Shown: positions 14,558-28,456 of the stretch, piece by piece
Layout: every line of letters begins with the position of its first letter
Position numbering within the stretch: the stretch's first letter is position 1
Assembly: GCF_001194135.2 (NCBI RefSeq)
Contig: NC_068987.1
Span: 79,411,482-79,475,481 of the forward strand
From: Octopus bimaculoides
Taxonomy: Eukaryota
Reading direction: 5' to 3'
Length of the DNA: 64,000 nt
The notes under the pieces: generated by a model
What the model saw: only the letters and a program-made list of their open reading frames with translations
Databases searched by the model: none
What the model was told of the DNA's origin: nothing
Position numbers and translations under genes: made by a program

Positions 14558-15559
14558 GTGATAATAATATTTTATTTAATCAAGTTTAGTTAAAAGCAGG
14601 TTACTACAATACTGCCTGATGTAATTACACTCAAGGAAATTATAATTTTCAAATCTTTATCTCGGATCAAGCCGTCCCAAAATACATATACACGCATACA
14701 TCATCCACCATCTTTTACATTGTTTTCAACTTCCATTATTTTACTTCCTTTTATTTCAACCTTTCATCTCTTTTACCTCGACTTCTTCGTTTCTTCTTTT
14801 TCTTATCACCTCTCTAATATTTGACCTTTCATCTTTTTTTTCATCATTTTTAATATTTGTTTCCATTTTTTAAAAATTGATTTCTCTTTGTTTTTCTGCT
14901 TCCTCTTCATTTCTTTTCTTTATTCCTTCGTCTCACCTCTCGTCATCTTCTCCACCCAGTTCAATCACCTCTGATAAGATAGATACCTTGACTAACTTCA
15001 CAACCTTGTACCGTCCGTCACCTATTTATCTTACATCACCTCCTACTCTGCAACACCCCACTTTATACTTCACACTCTTTCACCTCTTCCTCGTCCTTCT
15101 CCTCCTGCTGCTGGTACTTCTGTTCATTCGGTAGACACCATTAAATCGAGTAAATTACTAGCATTCACCATATTTCCGCTCTTTCTGTCTCCTTCTCTCT
15201 CTTTCTCTCTGTGTGTCTAGGTGTAGATGAAGGTGGGTGCATGGCGGTGCCAGCTTTGGTATCCATCCATATGTCACCAAACCTGATTCCTTTTTTAGCC
15301 ACACCCGAAAAAAAAAAATTCTCTCCGATTTATTGTATTTCCTAACACGTCTCCGTCGTCATCACACATGTTATAATAGTACTAACTGTACAGCAGCTGC
15401 CTCTCTTTCTCTATCCTTCTGTCTCTGTCTCGCTCTATTTTTCTCTCTCATTCTTCCGAGCTCTGATGGTGATAACCAGTGCCATCTGGAGCATATGCCC
15501 TGGGGTTAGTAAATCCTAAGCCTTCCCTTTTCTCTCCATTCTCAGATTTTAAGTTTGAG

Positions 15560-15750
15560 ACTGCCTGCCTGATAGCCTGCCTGCTTGTCTTGCCTAGACT
15601 TCTAGCCTGAAAGTTGGCCCACCAGCCTACCTGGCTGCCAGCCTGCCAGCATGTTTATCTGTCTGCCTGCCTGCCTGCCTGCCTGCCTGCCGGGCTTTGC
15701 CTGGCGTTGATGTCCTTGATGGCCTGTCTGTCTGGCTGTCTGCTTGCCTT
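15560..15750. repeat. Degenerate (CCTG)n/(TCTG)n tract
   Basis: Direct reading; purest at 15665-15690. Confidence 0.85.
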
Positions 15751-15954
15751 GCTTGTGATGCAGCGGTTCTCTCTCGACTTACTTCTCTTTCGGTCTCAGC
15801 AACTACTTATATATATACAGAGCGAGAATATGTGTCTTCTTCACCATTCCTGTCTGTATCTCTGATGCTACAACATGCAGGAATGAAGTGTGAATATTGG
15901 ATATATTGCTACTCACAGGCACACCCACACACACACCCACACGCACGCTCGCAT

Positions 15955-16006
<52 letters not shown>

Positions 16007-16297
16007 NNNNNNNNNNNNNNNNNNNNNNNNNNNNNNNNNNNNNNNNNNNNNNNNNNNNNNNNNNNNNNNNNNNNNNNNNNNNNNNNNNNNNNNNNNNNNN
16101 NNNNNNNNNNNNNNNNNNNNNNNNNNNNNNNNNNNNNNNNNNNNNNNNNNNNNNNNNNNNNNNNNNNNNNNNNNNNNNNNNNNNNNNNNNNNNNNNNNNN
16201 NNNNNNNNNNNNNNNNNNNNNNNNNNNNNNNNNNNNNNNNNNNNNNNNTTCTTCTTCTTCTTCTTCTTCTTCTTCTTCTTCTTCTTCTTCTTCTTCT

Positions 16298-16344
<47 letters not shown>

Positions 16345-16925
16345 TTCTTCTTCTTCTTCTTCTTCTTCTTCTTCATCATCCTCTTCTCCCTCTTTTTCTT
16401 CTCCCCCCGCCTCCTCTTACAACTCCTCCCCTTCTTTACTTATTCTTCATTCCTTTTCTATGTCTTTTACACCTTCAGGTCTTTCGCTTCCAAACCCCCT
16501 AGAAACCAGCACAGCCCCAATTCCCATCAATCTCTCTTTCTATAGACGCCCACACTCACACACCCACACCACAACCACAACCCACATCATCCTACACATA
16601 CACCACAGCACAACCACAATCCACACTAATGACTCTGAATAATAGACATTGCTTGCTCTATATAATTCCATTTGTTCTCACATCAATAATTTTCAGCCCT
16701 AGTCATTTCCCTGACATTTTGTTCCATTGCTGCTTATATATCTCACACACACGCACACACACACGCACACATAGAGAGAGAAAGAGAGCAAAAGGGTAAG
16801 AAAGAGAAAGAGAGGGAGAAGACGTTTTGACATTAGATTCGTGTTAGAAGTGTGCGTATATATATATAGAGTTATTAATATTTCTAAGTCTCTCTAAAGG
16901 AGACTACGGCAGCGGTACTGGAAAT

Positions 16926-16997
16926 TAATAGTTATCGCCAAGCCAACATGGCAGTCCTAATTTTGGGACTGCCATGTTGGCTTGGCGATAACTATTA
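16926..16997. repeat. Perfect inverted repeat (32-bp arms, 8-nt spacer)
   Basis: TAATAGTTATCGCCAAGCCAACATGGCAGTCC (16926-16957) is the exact reverse complement of 16966-16997; spacer TAATTTTG. Confidence 0.97.
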
Positions 16998-17516
16998 TAT
17001 ANNNNNNNNNNNNNNNNNNNNNNNNNNNNNNNNNNNNNNNNNNNNNNNNNNNNNNNNNNNNNNNNNNNNNNNNNNNNNNNNNNNNNNNNNNNNNNNNNNN
17101 NNNNNNNNNNNNNNNNNNNNNNNNNNNNNNNNNNNNNNNNNNNNNNNNNNNNNNNNNNNNNNNNNNNNNNNNNNNNNNNNNNNNNNNNNNNNNNNNNNNN
17201 NNNNNNNNNNNNNNNNNNNNNNNNNNNNNNNNNNNNNNNNNNATATATATGTATATACTTAAACATGTAAGAATAGTGATAAGGTGAGGGAAACAATGCA
17301 TGCAAATTATTGGCGGATGAAATGATGTTTCAGTTGTCAGCTGGAGAAGAGATTTTATAAGTGCCTGACAAATTATTTTATCTCTGATCGTGTTTTGAAA
17401 CTGATACAATTACACCATGGAATGCTCATTGATAGATATTTTTGTATCAATCGCACATATCGTTATGTTCCATTTTGGCTTACTACGCGATAATATTTAA
17501 ATATTACATAGTCTGC

Positions 17517-17917
17517 AAGGCTAGGAATTTCGCTTTGCAAACATGCAGTTTCGGAATCATTTACACTGAGCGACGCTGGGCTCGTCTCTTCTACTATAGC
17601 CTCGGGTCGGCGAATAATGCCTTTTAAGCGAATTTTATAAGTGGAAACTGTGTGGAAGCCAGTTATATTTAATATATGCGTTTATGTATGTGTGTGTGTG
17701 TGTGATTTGGTTCGCTGTTCCTCTCTGGTTTGTTTACGTCCACGTGCATTAGCGGTTCGGCTAAGAAAACTGCTAGAATAAGTACTAGACATGTAAATTA
17801 GTACTGGGTTCCATTTAGTTACTGCGTTCCATTCAAGTATTGGGTTCCACTTTAATCCGAGACCCCATTATAGCTGCCGTCCAATGAATGAAACAAGAGA
17901 GACAAAAGATAAAAGAG
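17517..17917 (+). mobile_element. Diverged CORE-like SINE copy
   Basis: Shares CTTCTACTATAGCCTCGGG, internal (TG)n, TTAGCGGTTCGGC, TAGAATAAGTACTAG and the terminal AAAAGATAAAAGAG with the family. Confidence 0.75.
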
Positions 17918-19256
17918 TGTTGCAAACAATTTATTCATTCGTCATGATTGACCTACTATCGACCTTCAACGTGTATGTTGATGTACACTTGTGTCCCTAA
18001 TATAACACGCAGGTGTTTAGCGAGATTTTAAGCGAGAACATGTCAGGAAGTGTAGAAAACCTGAACACTTTTCATGTACCACAATTCTACATTTGTGTAA
18101 TTCCTTTGTGGGAAATTAGAATGCACATTCCCAAATTTTTTATAGTGAATCTGTTAAGAAGCTGTCACTTGAATCCAGGTGATAGAAAACATCGGGAAAA
18201 CGTGGATCTACTTTAATCAGGTTTATTTTACTTTATGATTGTAACTTCACAATATACAGAAGTGAAAACGACACTTTAGCAGCTAGGTACATGAAATGTT
18301 GCATAGATATACACAATTTATAGAAGGTAATTATAAGCTATAAAATCTCGTCTGATATTTTCTACAAACTTGGATAATATCGGTTATAGCCTCTAGTGTT
18401 CATATGTACAAAAGGTGTCAACGTATTAAGTCGCACATATTTCTGAGAACTGATAGATGGGCCTAGATCTAAATATACATTGGAATGATGTCAGTGAGCT
18501 GGTCATAGACTGAAAGTACACAGAAAAATAATTTTAATCTTTGATAGAAAATACTGCAATTCGAAAATAAAATTAAAACGAATTTAACAAGATTGAGGAG
18601 TGTGTATATCATTTGCAGTGTCTATGTTTTTTTTTTCTTGTTCATTATAACACTTCATCAGCTCATTCATTTCTTCTTCACTTTAATTGCAAGATCTTCA
18701 TAAGTTTTCTTAATGCAGAATCTTACAGTAACACAATCGATCACACGAAAAAAAAAAACAACATAAAAAAAAACAGCATTCGGATAATGATTACCGCGGT
18801 GGTAGTGGCGATGATGATGAGAATGATGATGATGATGATGATGGTGATGACGATGATGATAAAAATAATAATAAAGTGGTCGTAATGCGGTAGCGAGAGC
18901 TGAAGAATTAACGCCAAGTTACACACCCATTTACGTTGACAGCTTTTAACTAGTCTAGTNNNNNNNNNNNNNNNNNNNNNNNNNNNNNNNNNNNNNNNNN
19001 NNNNNNNNNNNNNNNNNNNNNNNNNNNNNNNNNNNNNNNNNNNNNNNNNNNNNNNNNNNNNNNNNNNNNNNNNNNNNNNNNNNNNNNNNNNNNNNNNNNN
19101 NNNNNNNNNNNNNNNNNNNNNNNNNNNNNNNNNNNNNNNNNNNNNNNNNNNNNNNNNNNNNNNNNNNNNNNNNNNNNNNNNNNNNNNNNNNNNNNNNNNN
19201 NNNNNNNNNNNNNNNNNNNNNNNNNNNNNNNNNNNNNNNNNNNNNNNNNNNNNNNN

Positions 19257-19291
<35 letters not shown>

Positions 19292-19754
19292 GTATACATG
19301 CGTGTGTGTGTGAAACAGTGTTTGTGTAATTGCATCGTTGGAAAGAGATGTAAATATTTTTCATCTAAATTACATAAATCGATTGCTATATCATTATTTT
19401 TTTAATCAAGACTGATGAATTCTTTTGAACAAGTAGAGTAAAATTATTTCAAAACTCCATTACCAACCACACCTCATTCATTGCATCCCAATCATGGTCA
19501 TCAGCGTCGTGTATCACCATTATCATCTCATAATACATTCATCTGTGTGTGTGCATGTGTGTGTGTGTGAGCATGCTTATGCGCGTATCTGTTTCTGTGA
19601 GTATGCTTATATGCGTATCTGGTTATGCTTATATAACTAATTACTTATATTGCTCAGATATACATATGCTGATCAATCAATGCGTATATTACATGAAAAG
19701 TATTCTCTCAAACATTAAGATTTTATGCATTCGTCTCTCCCCTTCGCTTTCACT

Positions 19755-19810
<56 letters not shown>

Positions 19811-20708
19811 NNNNNNNNNNNNNNNNNNNNNNNNNNNNNNNNNNNNNNNNNNNNNNNNNNNNNNNNNNNNNNNNNNNNNNNNNNNNNNNNNNNNNNNNNN
19901 NNNNNNNNNNNNNNNNNNNNNNNNNNNNNNNNNNNNNNNNNNNNNNNNNNNNNNNNNNNNNNNNNNNNNNNNNNNNNNNNNNNNNNNNNNNNNNNNNNNN
20001 NNNNNNNNNNNNNNNNNNNNNNNNNNNNNNNNNNNNNNNNNNNNNNNNNNNNNNNNNNNNNNNNNNNNNNNNNNNNNNNNNNNNNNNNNNNNNNNNNNNN
20101 NNNNNNNNNNNNNNNNNNNNNNNNNNNNNNNNNNNNNNNNNNNNNNNNNNNNNNNNNNNNNNNNNNNNNNNNNNNNNNNNNNNNNNNNNNNNNNNNNNNN
20201 NNNNNNNNNNNNNNNNNNNNNNNNNNNNNNNNNNNNNNNNNNNNNNNNNNNNNNNNNNNNNNNNNNNNNNNNNNNNNNNNNNNNNNNNNNNNNNNNNNNN
20301 NNNNNNNNNNNNNNNNNNNNNNNNNNNNNNNNNNNNNNNNNNNNNNNNNNNNNNNNNNNNNNNNNNNNNNNNNNNNNNNNNNNNNNNNNNNNNNNNNNNN
20401 NNNNNNNNNNNNNNNNNNNNNNNNNNNNNNNNNNNNNNNNNNNNNNNNNNNNNNNNNNNNNNNNNNNNNNNNNNNNNNNNNNNNNNNNNNNNNNNNNNNN
20501 NNNNNNNNNNNNNNNNNNNNNNNNNNNNNNNNNNNNNNNNNNNNNNNNNNNNNNNNNNNNNNNNNNNNNNNNNNNNNNNNNNNNNNNNNNNNNNNNNNNN
20601 NNNNNNNNNNNNNNNNNNNNNNNNNNNNNNNNNNNNNNNNNNNNNNNNNNNNNNNNNNNNNNNNNNNNNNNNNNNNNNNNNNNNNNNNNNNNNNNNNNNN
20701 NNNNNNNN

Positions 20709-20870
20709 GTCTTCTACTAAAGCCTCGGGCCGACCAAAGCAGCCGGTCATATATATATGTGTGTGTATGTGTGTGTGTATGTGTGTGTATGTGTGTGTGT
20801 GTATGTGTGTATATGTGTGTGTGTATGTGTCTGTGTTTGTCACCCCTTCATCACTTGACAACCGATGTAG
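20709..20870 (+). mobile_element. Partial CORE-like SINE copy (5' end in gap, internal deletion)
   Basis: GTCTTCTACTAAAGCCTCGGGCCGACCAAAGC...(TA)(TG)n...TGTGTTTGTCACCCC...CACTTGACAACCGATG matches the reverse complement of the 24465-24921 copy. Confidence 0.8.
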
Positions 20871-20890
20871 GATGGCTGGATGGCTGGATG

Positions 20891-20936
<46 letters not shown>

Positions 20937-22449
20937 AAATGACCAATTTGAAGGGCGATTAAAATATCACAAGTATTAATGGTCTCATGAGAGATAGATC
21001 CGAAACACTTATCTTCTGAATGCAAGACTTCGTAAGGAATCATACCGTTCGCTTAGAAGAAGTTTTTTAAGGGGAAACGATGTGATTTTCACTGAATTGT
21101 CGCTGATGTTTGCCCAGCTCTTACAGCGTCCATTCAGAACTTCCCATATTCACTTGCTTCTGTTATTCTACAGTAAACCATGTCTGCTTACAGGAGTGTA
21201 AACGGGAAGCTGATATACGGTAGGAAAATGTTACGATTGAGTGTTATGTTAATGAAATATTGTATTTCGATTCCGAGATAGCTTTAGTTATGAGCTGTAG
21301 TGTTCTTTGTGGCTCTTATCTGTCATAAATGCTGTGTGTGTCTGTGTCTGAAGGTCTGAAGGTGTGTGTATGTATGCCTACACATACAATCATACACGCA
21401 GAAATGCATACATACGTACGTACGTACGTACGTACATACATACATACATACATACATACATACATACATAGGTATACATGTACACATTTGTCAACAGTAT
21501 ACATTTATTAGTTTATGTATGTGTATATTCATATGAGACTTCGTGATCACTGACAAAATTTCACACACACACACACACACACGCACACACATCAACATAA
21601 TTACACACTCATGCATGTACTTTATAGATATTAAATATGCGTGCATGAAAAATGGAGAGTGAGAGGTGGGGAGAAAGGTAAGGGAATAGAATTAAGAGAG
21701 CTAAAGTAAGATGTGTGTGTGTGTGTGTGTGTACATGCAGGCATACATACGCACACACACACACACACAATGTACACACATATACATATGCAATTATATA
21801 TATTATGTATATATACATATATATATGTGTATATATATANNNNNNNNNNNNNNNNNNNNNNNNNNNNNNNNNNNNNNNNNNNNNNNNNNNNNNNNNNNNN
21901 NNNNNNNNNNNNNNNNNNNNNNNNNNNNNNNNNNNNNNNNNNNNNNNNNNNNNNNNNNNNNNNNNNNNNNNNNNNNNNNNNNNNNNNNNNNNNNNNNNNN
22001 NNNNNNNNNNNNNNNNNNNNNNNNNNNNNNNNNNNNNNNNNNNNNNNNNNNNNNNNNNNNNNNNNNNNNNNNNNNNNNNNNNNNNNNNNNNNNNNNNNNN
22101 NNNNNNNNNNNNNNNNNNNNNNNNNNNNNNNNNNNNNNNNNNNNNNNNNNNNNNNNNNNNNNNNNNNNNNNNNNNNNNNNNNNNNNNNNNNNNNNNNNNN
22201 NNNNNNNNNNNNNNNNNNNNNNNNNNNNNNNNNNNNNNNNNNNNNNNNNNNNNNNNNNNNNNNNNNNNNNNNNNNNNNNNNNNNNNNNNNNNNNNNNNNN
22301 NNNNNNNNNNNNNNNNNNNNNNNNNNNNNNNNNNNNNNNNNNNNNNNNNNNNNNNNNNNNNNNNNNNNNNNNNNNNNNNNNNNNNNNNNNNNNNNNNNNN
22401 NNNNNNNNNNNNNNNNNNNNNNNNNNNNNNNNNNNNNNNNNNNNNNNNN

Positions 22450-22490
<41 letters not shown>

Positions 22491-23452
22491 TAGATATAGA
22501 TATAGATATAAAGATATAGATGTAGATATATGCATATACAAAACATATATATATATGCCTCTCTCTGTGTCTTTTCGTGTATGCGAGTTTGCGTTTGTGT
22601 CTCTATATGTGCAAATTTTTCTTGTTTGTTTTCTCTCTCTCTCTCTGTTCTCTATTTGTAATTTAGCAGAAGTATGGACATGAAAGAATAACTGTATACA
22701 TATATATTTATAGATATGGTTCACATATAGTTCACGCAGTTTATCACATAGATCAGGTCAAAGATACAAAACATATGAAAGATCATACTGACTTAGCATG
22801 CGCTGGTGTTAAGACATAAAAATGGAAATAAAAGATTATAAATAAATAGATATAGAACTAAATAAATAAATGAAGAAATAGCAATAAAGTTTAAAATTGT
22901 AAGTGTCGTCATTCGCATTTTACAGAGTACTGAAAACTAGCCTCAGNNNNNNNNNNCAACGATTTGGAATAATGGTTGAACGAGCGTTCTTTCCACACAA
23001 AAATCCGTTTAAATTATTAGGTGGGAGTTGAGTGCATAAAATAACACGTATTTTTAAAAAAATATATTTTACATTACTTTATTTAATGTTTTATTTTCTT
23101 TTAAAAAATTAAGAATAAGGAAAGGAATAAAACTTTGGTACCATTAAATTTTTGAAAATGAGTCAATTTCTGATTTAAAATCTATTACCTAAGACATCTG
23201 GCCTGAGATTTCGATTTGATTTTAAGATTTAGCAGTGTTAAGTATTTTTTTTGATTATGACTTTAAATTTCCATTCGTTACTAGGGAATAGTTATCATGT
23301 CGATATAGATGCAATGAAAACCTTCTTTATCTTGTTTGTTTCTGTTTGTTTCATCGAAATAACATAGCACTCTTGCTATATTCTAAAATGTTTTATTGTC
23401 TTTATTTAAGTAATCTTCAGATTGCATTCCAATACGCAACATTCATCCATAG

Positions 23453-23499
<47 letters not shown>

Positions 23500-24464
23500 T
23501 TCGTGTGTGTCTGAGAGACACANNNNNNNNNNTGTTCGTGTGTGTCTGAGAGACACAGACAGACAGAGTTAGTATGCGCATGTATATATGTACTATACAC
23601 TGTGTGTTTATAAGTACATATATATATATACATTTAAAGATATATATATACCTGTCAATTCATCTCTCTCTCTCTCCTATTTATACATATATAGGAATAT
23701 ACTCAAATGTATATGTGTGTGTATGTGTGTGTGCGTGCGTGCGTGTGTGTATGTGTGTGTGTGTTGTGTATTTGATTCAAAATATTAATGGGAATTATCG
23801 AATCTAAAGTGGTTAATAGGAAATAATCCTTTGAAAAGTAGAAATGATTTTTTTTTCTCGAGTGTATCCTAGTGACCTTCCCGAATAAAATATCTTATTA
23901 GAATAGTTTACTATCCGAATAAAAAATAAACACTAATGTAATTGTTAAACGCGCGAGTTGGAAATGATTAAAGTAACTGATATGTACATCGATAAAAGTC
24001 TAGATATAATATATAATATTATTTTGATTATCACAGCGAGAATTTCGGTACAAACAATTTTAACAATGGAACGAACCCGAAAGAATAATTGAAATCTTTA
24101 GCTTTATGGAAAACTGTTATTTTGCATTAAAATTCATAAGGCATGGAATTTTCACGGGTTCTACTAGTGAGCTATTATTCAGCACCATTTCATTGGGTAA
24201 TGGAATTATCAAATGAATTATAATTTAATTCTGATTTAAGTTCAGGTTTTTTCTTCACTCTTCTAGGGCTAGTAAAATAACTTGTGCCTGTGCCAATTAA
24301 ATCCCTATTAAATTTCAAAATATTTCTATCTGAAACCAGTGAGTGAGCGTCAATGTGGTTGAATCGCCAGCTAAAGATAGTAGTCAGGTCTTCTTCACAT
24401 TTTTTCCAATCTCCTTCGAATGTGGAAGAGTATATTTGATAACATGCTCACACATATATTATAT

Positions 24465-24695
24465 CTCTTTTACTTTTTTACTCTTTTACTTGTTTCAGTC
24501 GTTTGACTGCGGCCATCCTGGAGCACCACCTTTAGTCGAGCAAATCGACCCCAGGACTTATTCTTTGTGAGCCTAGTACTTATTCTATCGGTCTCTTTTG
24601 CCGAAACCGCTAAGTTACGGGGGACGTAGACACACCAGCATCGGTTGTCAAGCGATGTTGGGGGAACAAACACAGACACACAAACATATACACGC

Positions 24696-24751
<56 letters not shown>

Positions 24752-24921
24752 GTATTTACGACGGGCTTCTTTCAGTTTCCGTCTACCAAATCCACTCACA
24801 AGGTTTTGGTCGGCCCGAGGCTATAGTAGAAGACATTTGCCCAAGGTGCCACGCAATGGGACTGAACCCGGAACCATGTGGTTGGTGAGTAAGCTACTTA
24901 CCACATGGCCACTCCTATGCC
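24465..24921 (-). mobile_element. tRNA-derived CORE-like SINE with internal (TA)n/(TG)n and AAAAGAG-type tail
   Basis: Minus strand: GGAGTGGCCATGTGGTAAG (A-box-like), GGTTCAGTCCC (B-box-like), GTGGCACCTTGGGCAAATGTCTT (CORE-like), microsatellite, 3' end TGAAACAAGTAAAAGAG. Confidence 0.85.
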
Positions 24922-26109
24922 AATCTAAGGATTGTCAATACTGGAATGACTTTGATCATAAGTCTGTTTACTCAAGATTAATCTGCAGTTAAACAGCAGC
25001 TACAGCAATAGATTTGTAGCTCTATGCTAATGTATGAAATCGTAATTTAATAGGAAAACAAAGTAAATGAAAGATCAGGGATGTAAAATTATGATTACAT
25101 TGAAGGACGGCGTAGTATCGTTAAATCTGAAATAATATTGTTGATCAAATTATTGATGATCTTTGTAAAAACACAATATAAGACTACAATTAATATTTGC
25201 TCTATATTTCTAGCGAACAGAAATTTGCAAATACTTAGAGAAGCAGTTGTTTAATAGAACCGCGTAATGAAAATAAATAATTTTAAAAAGGTAACCGACA
25301 ACATTACAGAGAAAAGCATTAGCGATAGACACAGTATCTTCTCTTAGTAATATCGATAAGACTGTGCATAAGTTTCAGAGTACATGAGACACGGGTAGCT
25401 TTAAGAGAATCATGTCTCTTTTAAGAGAAGAAATTTTTCCAAAATAGATTACGAATGCTATGGTAAGATTATCGTGCTCTCGGATCAATTTTCCAAGACT
25501 GAAAGTGTCTCCTCAAAGTCTATGAATCTTTAGTAAACATGTAAATGCTATTTTTTTGTTTGTTTTTATTTCACATGGAAACTGAACCGAAGAAACAACA
25601 ACAATGCATAACTATTTTGCTTTTTGATGCTGTTGCTCTTATAACGATGCTAATGATATTGTAATTGGGGTACTAAATGATCAGAGACAAATGCAAGACT
25701 TTATCATCAACAATCTCAGCTCATTCGTTTTAGCTTTCGTTATTTTGATAGAATAGTATCATGTATGTAGAAGAAACGTACCTCTCAAAATAAAGACTGC
25801 ATGATCATTACGTTCTGGAAGTGGCCATCTTATCGATATAAATGCTATTATTTTCACTGCGAGTTTTCTTCCTCACAACCAAAGCGACAACACCGTTTCT
25901 TTCAAGAGAAACATTCTTAATTCTTCTAAGATCTGTTTTATATCAATAACAAGCCATTAAATTCAAGACTACGGCCATCATAGTAATAAAAGCAAGGTCA
26001 GTCACGTGAAAGAGAGAGGGTGGTTTTTAATAACAAAATGTAGACTTCACATCATTAACAACGCTCTGTAATATTTAAAAATGTATTGGGTAACCAATGA
26101 AGACTTTAT

Positions 26110-26263
26110 CATGGCTCAGTGGTTAGAGCATCGGGCTCACAATAATGAAGTAGTGAGTTCGATTCCCGGACCGGGCTGTGGTATGTTCTTGAGCGAGACA
26201 CTTTATTTTACATTGTTTCACTACACATAGCTGTAGAAATGAGTTGCGACGTCATTGGTGCCA
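26110..26263 (+). mobile_element. 5' half of the same tRNA-derived SINE family as 56989-57327
   Basis: CATGGCTCAGTGGTTAGAGC...GAGTTCGATTCCCGGACCGGGCTG...AGCTGTAGAAATGAGTTGCGACGTCA...GGTGCCA aligns by eye to the reverse complement of 57174-57318. Confidence 0.85.
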
Positions 26264-28456
26264 TGTATCTACTGTTTAAGTAAGTTCAAGAAGTGACGGA
26301 ATTGAAATGATATTCCCAGAAATCGAATCTGCATCACCGATTCTGTCATCCCTCACTTTCTGCAACCGTACACGTCATTCAGTAAATAAATAGATAGATA
26401 GATATAGTTGGATATATAAATAAATTCGTCTGATGATCGCTTTTATTTCAAATGTTAGGCAGTAAGCCTGCGTGAGATTTTCTATTATTTGGTATTTAAT
26501 AGACTTAATAGAGTCGACTGCTAATGTGGCAGATTAATGTCACAGATCATTAAGTTTGACCAACGACTAAGTCTAAATATATAATTGAGAATGTATTTGA
26601 ATATTGCGATAATTGATGGAGAAAAATACAGGCTAATAACTATCGCTAAATAATTAGAACATTGCAATAGTAGTGATACATGTCTGACGAGTTGAGAGAG
26701 AATAAGAAAGGGAAAGAGAGGGGCAGTGAGAGGGACAAAGAGAGATTTGAAAACCTGTAAAGTCACTGAATTATTAATACAACGCTGAGACATTTACTAA
26801 GATGCTGTAGAGAAAGATTTTGATAATAAAATGCTGATTAGTAAAATATTCACTTTTGAAACAGTGCAATTACAATAGTGATATTTCTAAGCCACTGAAC
26901 ATCAAAAGACTACCTCAAGAGACGATGCTTTAATAAACTGACGAATAGCATACGGATCGAGCAATAATAATGGAGGTGGGGGGTCTTAACTGTTGGAGAG
27001 TAATACAGAATCTTTATTCATTGTATACTTTAATTACCATAAACACACCCACACATACACACACTCATGCACGCCATAATCGTTATTCTACTAATTAGCA
27101 TATATTTCTAAACTAAATTAATTCTATTCAATTATTGCAATAACATTACAAGCTCCAGTAATCGAAGCTCTGAACTCTGTAAATCCCCCCAGTAAACAAC
27201 AAGAAATATGTTAGACAAATAAATCACCTGTTTCCAGCAATAGTTTAAACAACGTTTAATCAAGTAAATATTCAACATTGTTAAAGCGGTTTTCCCTAGC
27301 TTCCTGACCTTATAAATATTATAGGAAGGAAGAGAATATAATTTTGATTTTATGTCAATGCTATCATAGAAAATGTCAATTCCTGAATTAGATAATCTAA
27401 TAGAAACTGAACCTCTTATTTTATTTAGTATTGTTTTGTGACCAGAAGAGAATGAAATAACCCGCTACCCCCCTGTACTTTCTAAAACATAATTTAGAAA
27501 TATCTAGTTATAAATTTAAATAATTTGAACACATTTAATGGGGTTATGCGAAGCCTCTCTTCCCTGTATAACTGGTTGTATGATTGTTTATACATATATT
27601 TGAATACATCATTATGGAAATTAGATTCTTGCTTTCTTTTTACTTTCATTCTTTCTCTCTTTCATTATTCCATTCTTCAAGGATAACTAAAAAAAAAAAT
27701 AATAATGATGATAAAATAAATAAATAAAAGCGGGAAGCCATAAATCTCAGTTTTTCTTATTTCTACTCGTCCACCTATACCAACTTTTTCTATTATTTCT
27801 TTTTGTTTTTTTTTTGTTTTTTGTTTTCTTTAATTTCTAGGCTTGTTAGTTATTTGTTGTAAGATAGGAAATATTAGGACATTTAGCTGCTGTCAACAAC
27901 TGCTAGTATTATTTGTGTTTATTATGGAGGGTCGGGGGTCGTAAATGGGGGAGGAGAAGAGAATGACAGAAAACTAGCAACATCAAGGTGGGCGTTTCAA
28001 CTCTATTCTTCCTATCTGTCTGACCTATTTCTAACACACATTATCTTATTATTTTTTATCTTTTCTCAAGTTAATCACAGTTACTAAAAGTCGTGGCAAA
28101 ATCCACACTAACATCCACTCATTTCTTTCCCTAATTTTCTTATATCGTTCTTACTTCTATTCATAAATTTATCCTCTCATTCACATTCCCTTTCTCTTTC
28201 TTTCTCTCCCTTACATACTTTCTCCATTTCTTTGTCACACTGTTTTTTTCTTTTCTTTTTTTCACGCAGATTTCTTCCCGTTCTTTTTTTTTTATCTCCT
28301 GATTTCTCTATTTCCCCGTTCCTCTTTTACTCATTTGTTCAAATTCCTTTCATTGTGCACCTGTTTATGTCACATTTGAAGTAAAGACGTGGAAAATATA
28401 ACCAGCAGCAGCAGCAATAAGAGCATAAATAAATAAGCAGACACTGACGAGAAATA

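Noticed and set aside
23497-23558. Short direct repeat around N10
   Set aside because: Same contig-overlap artefact pattern.
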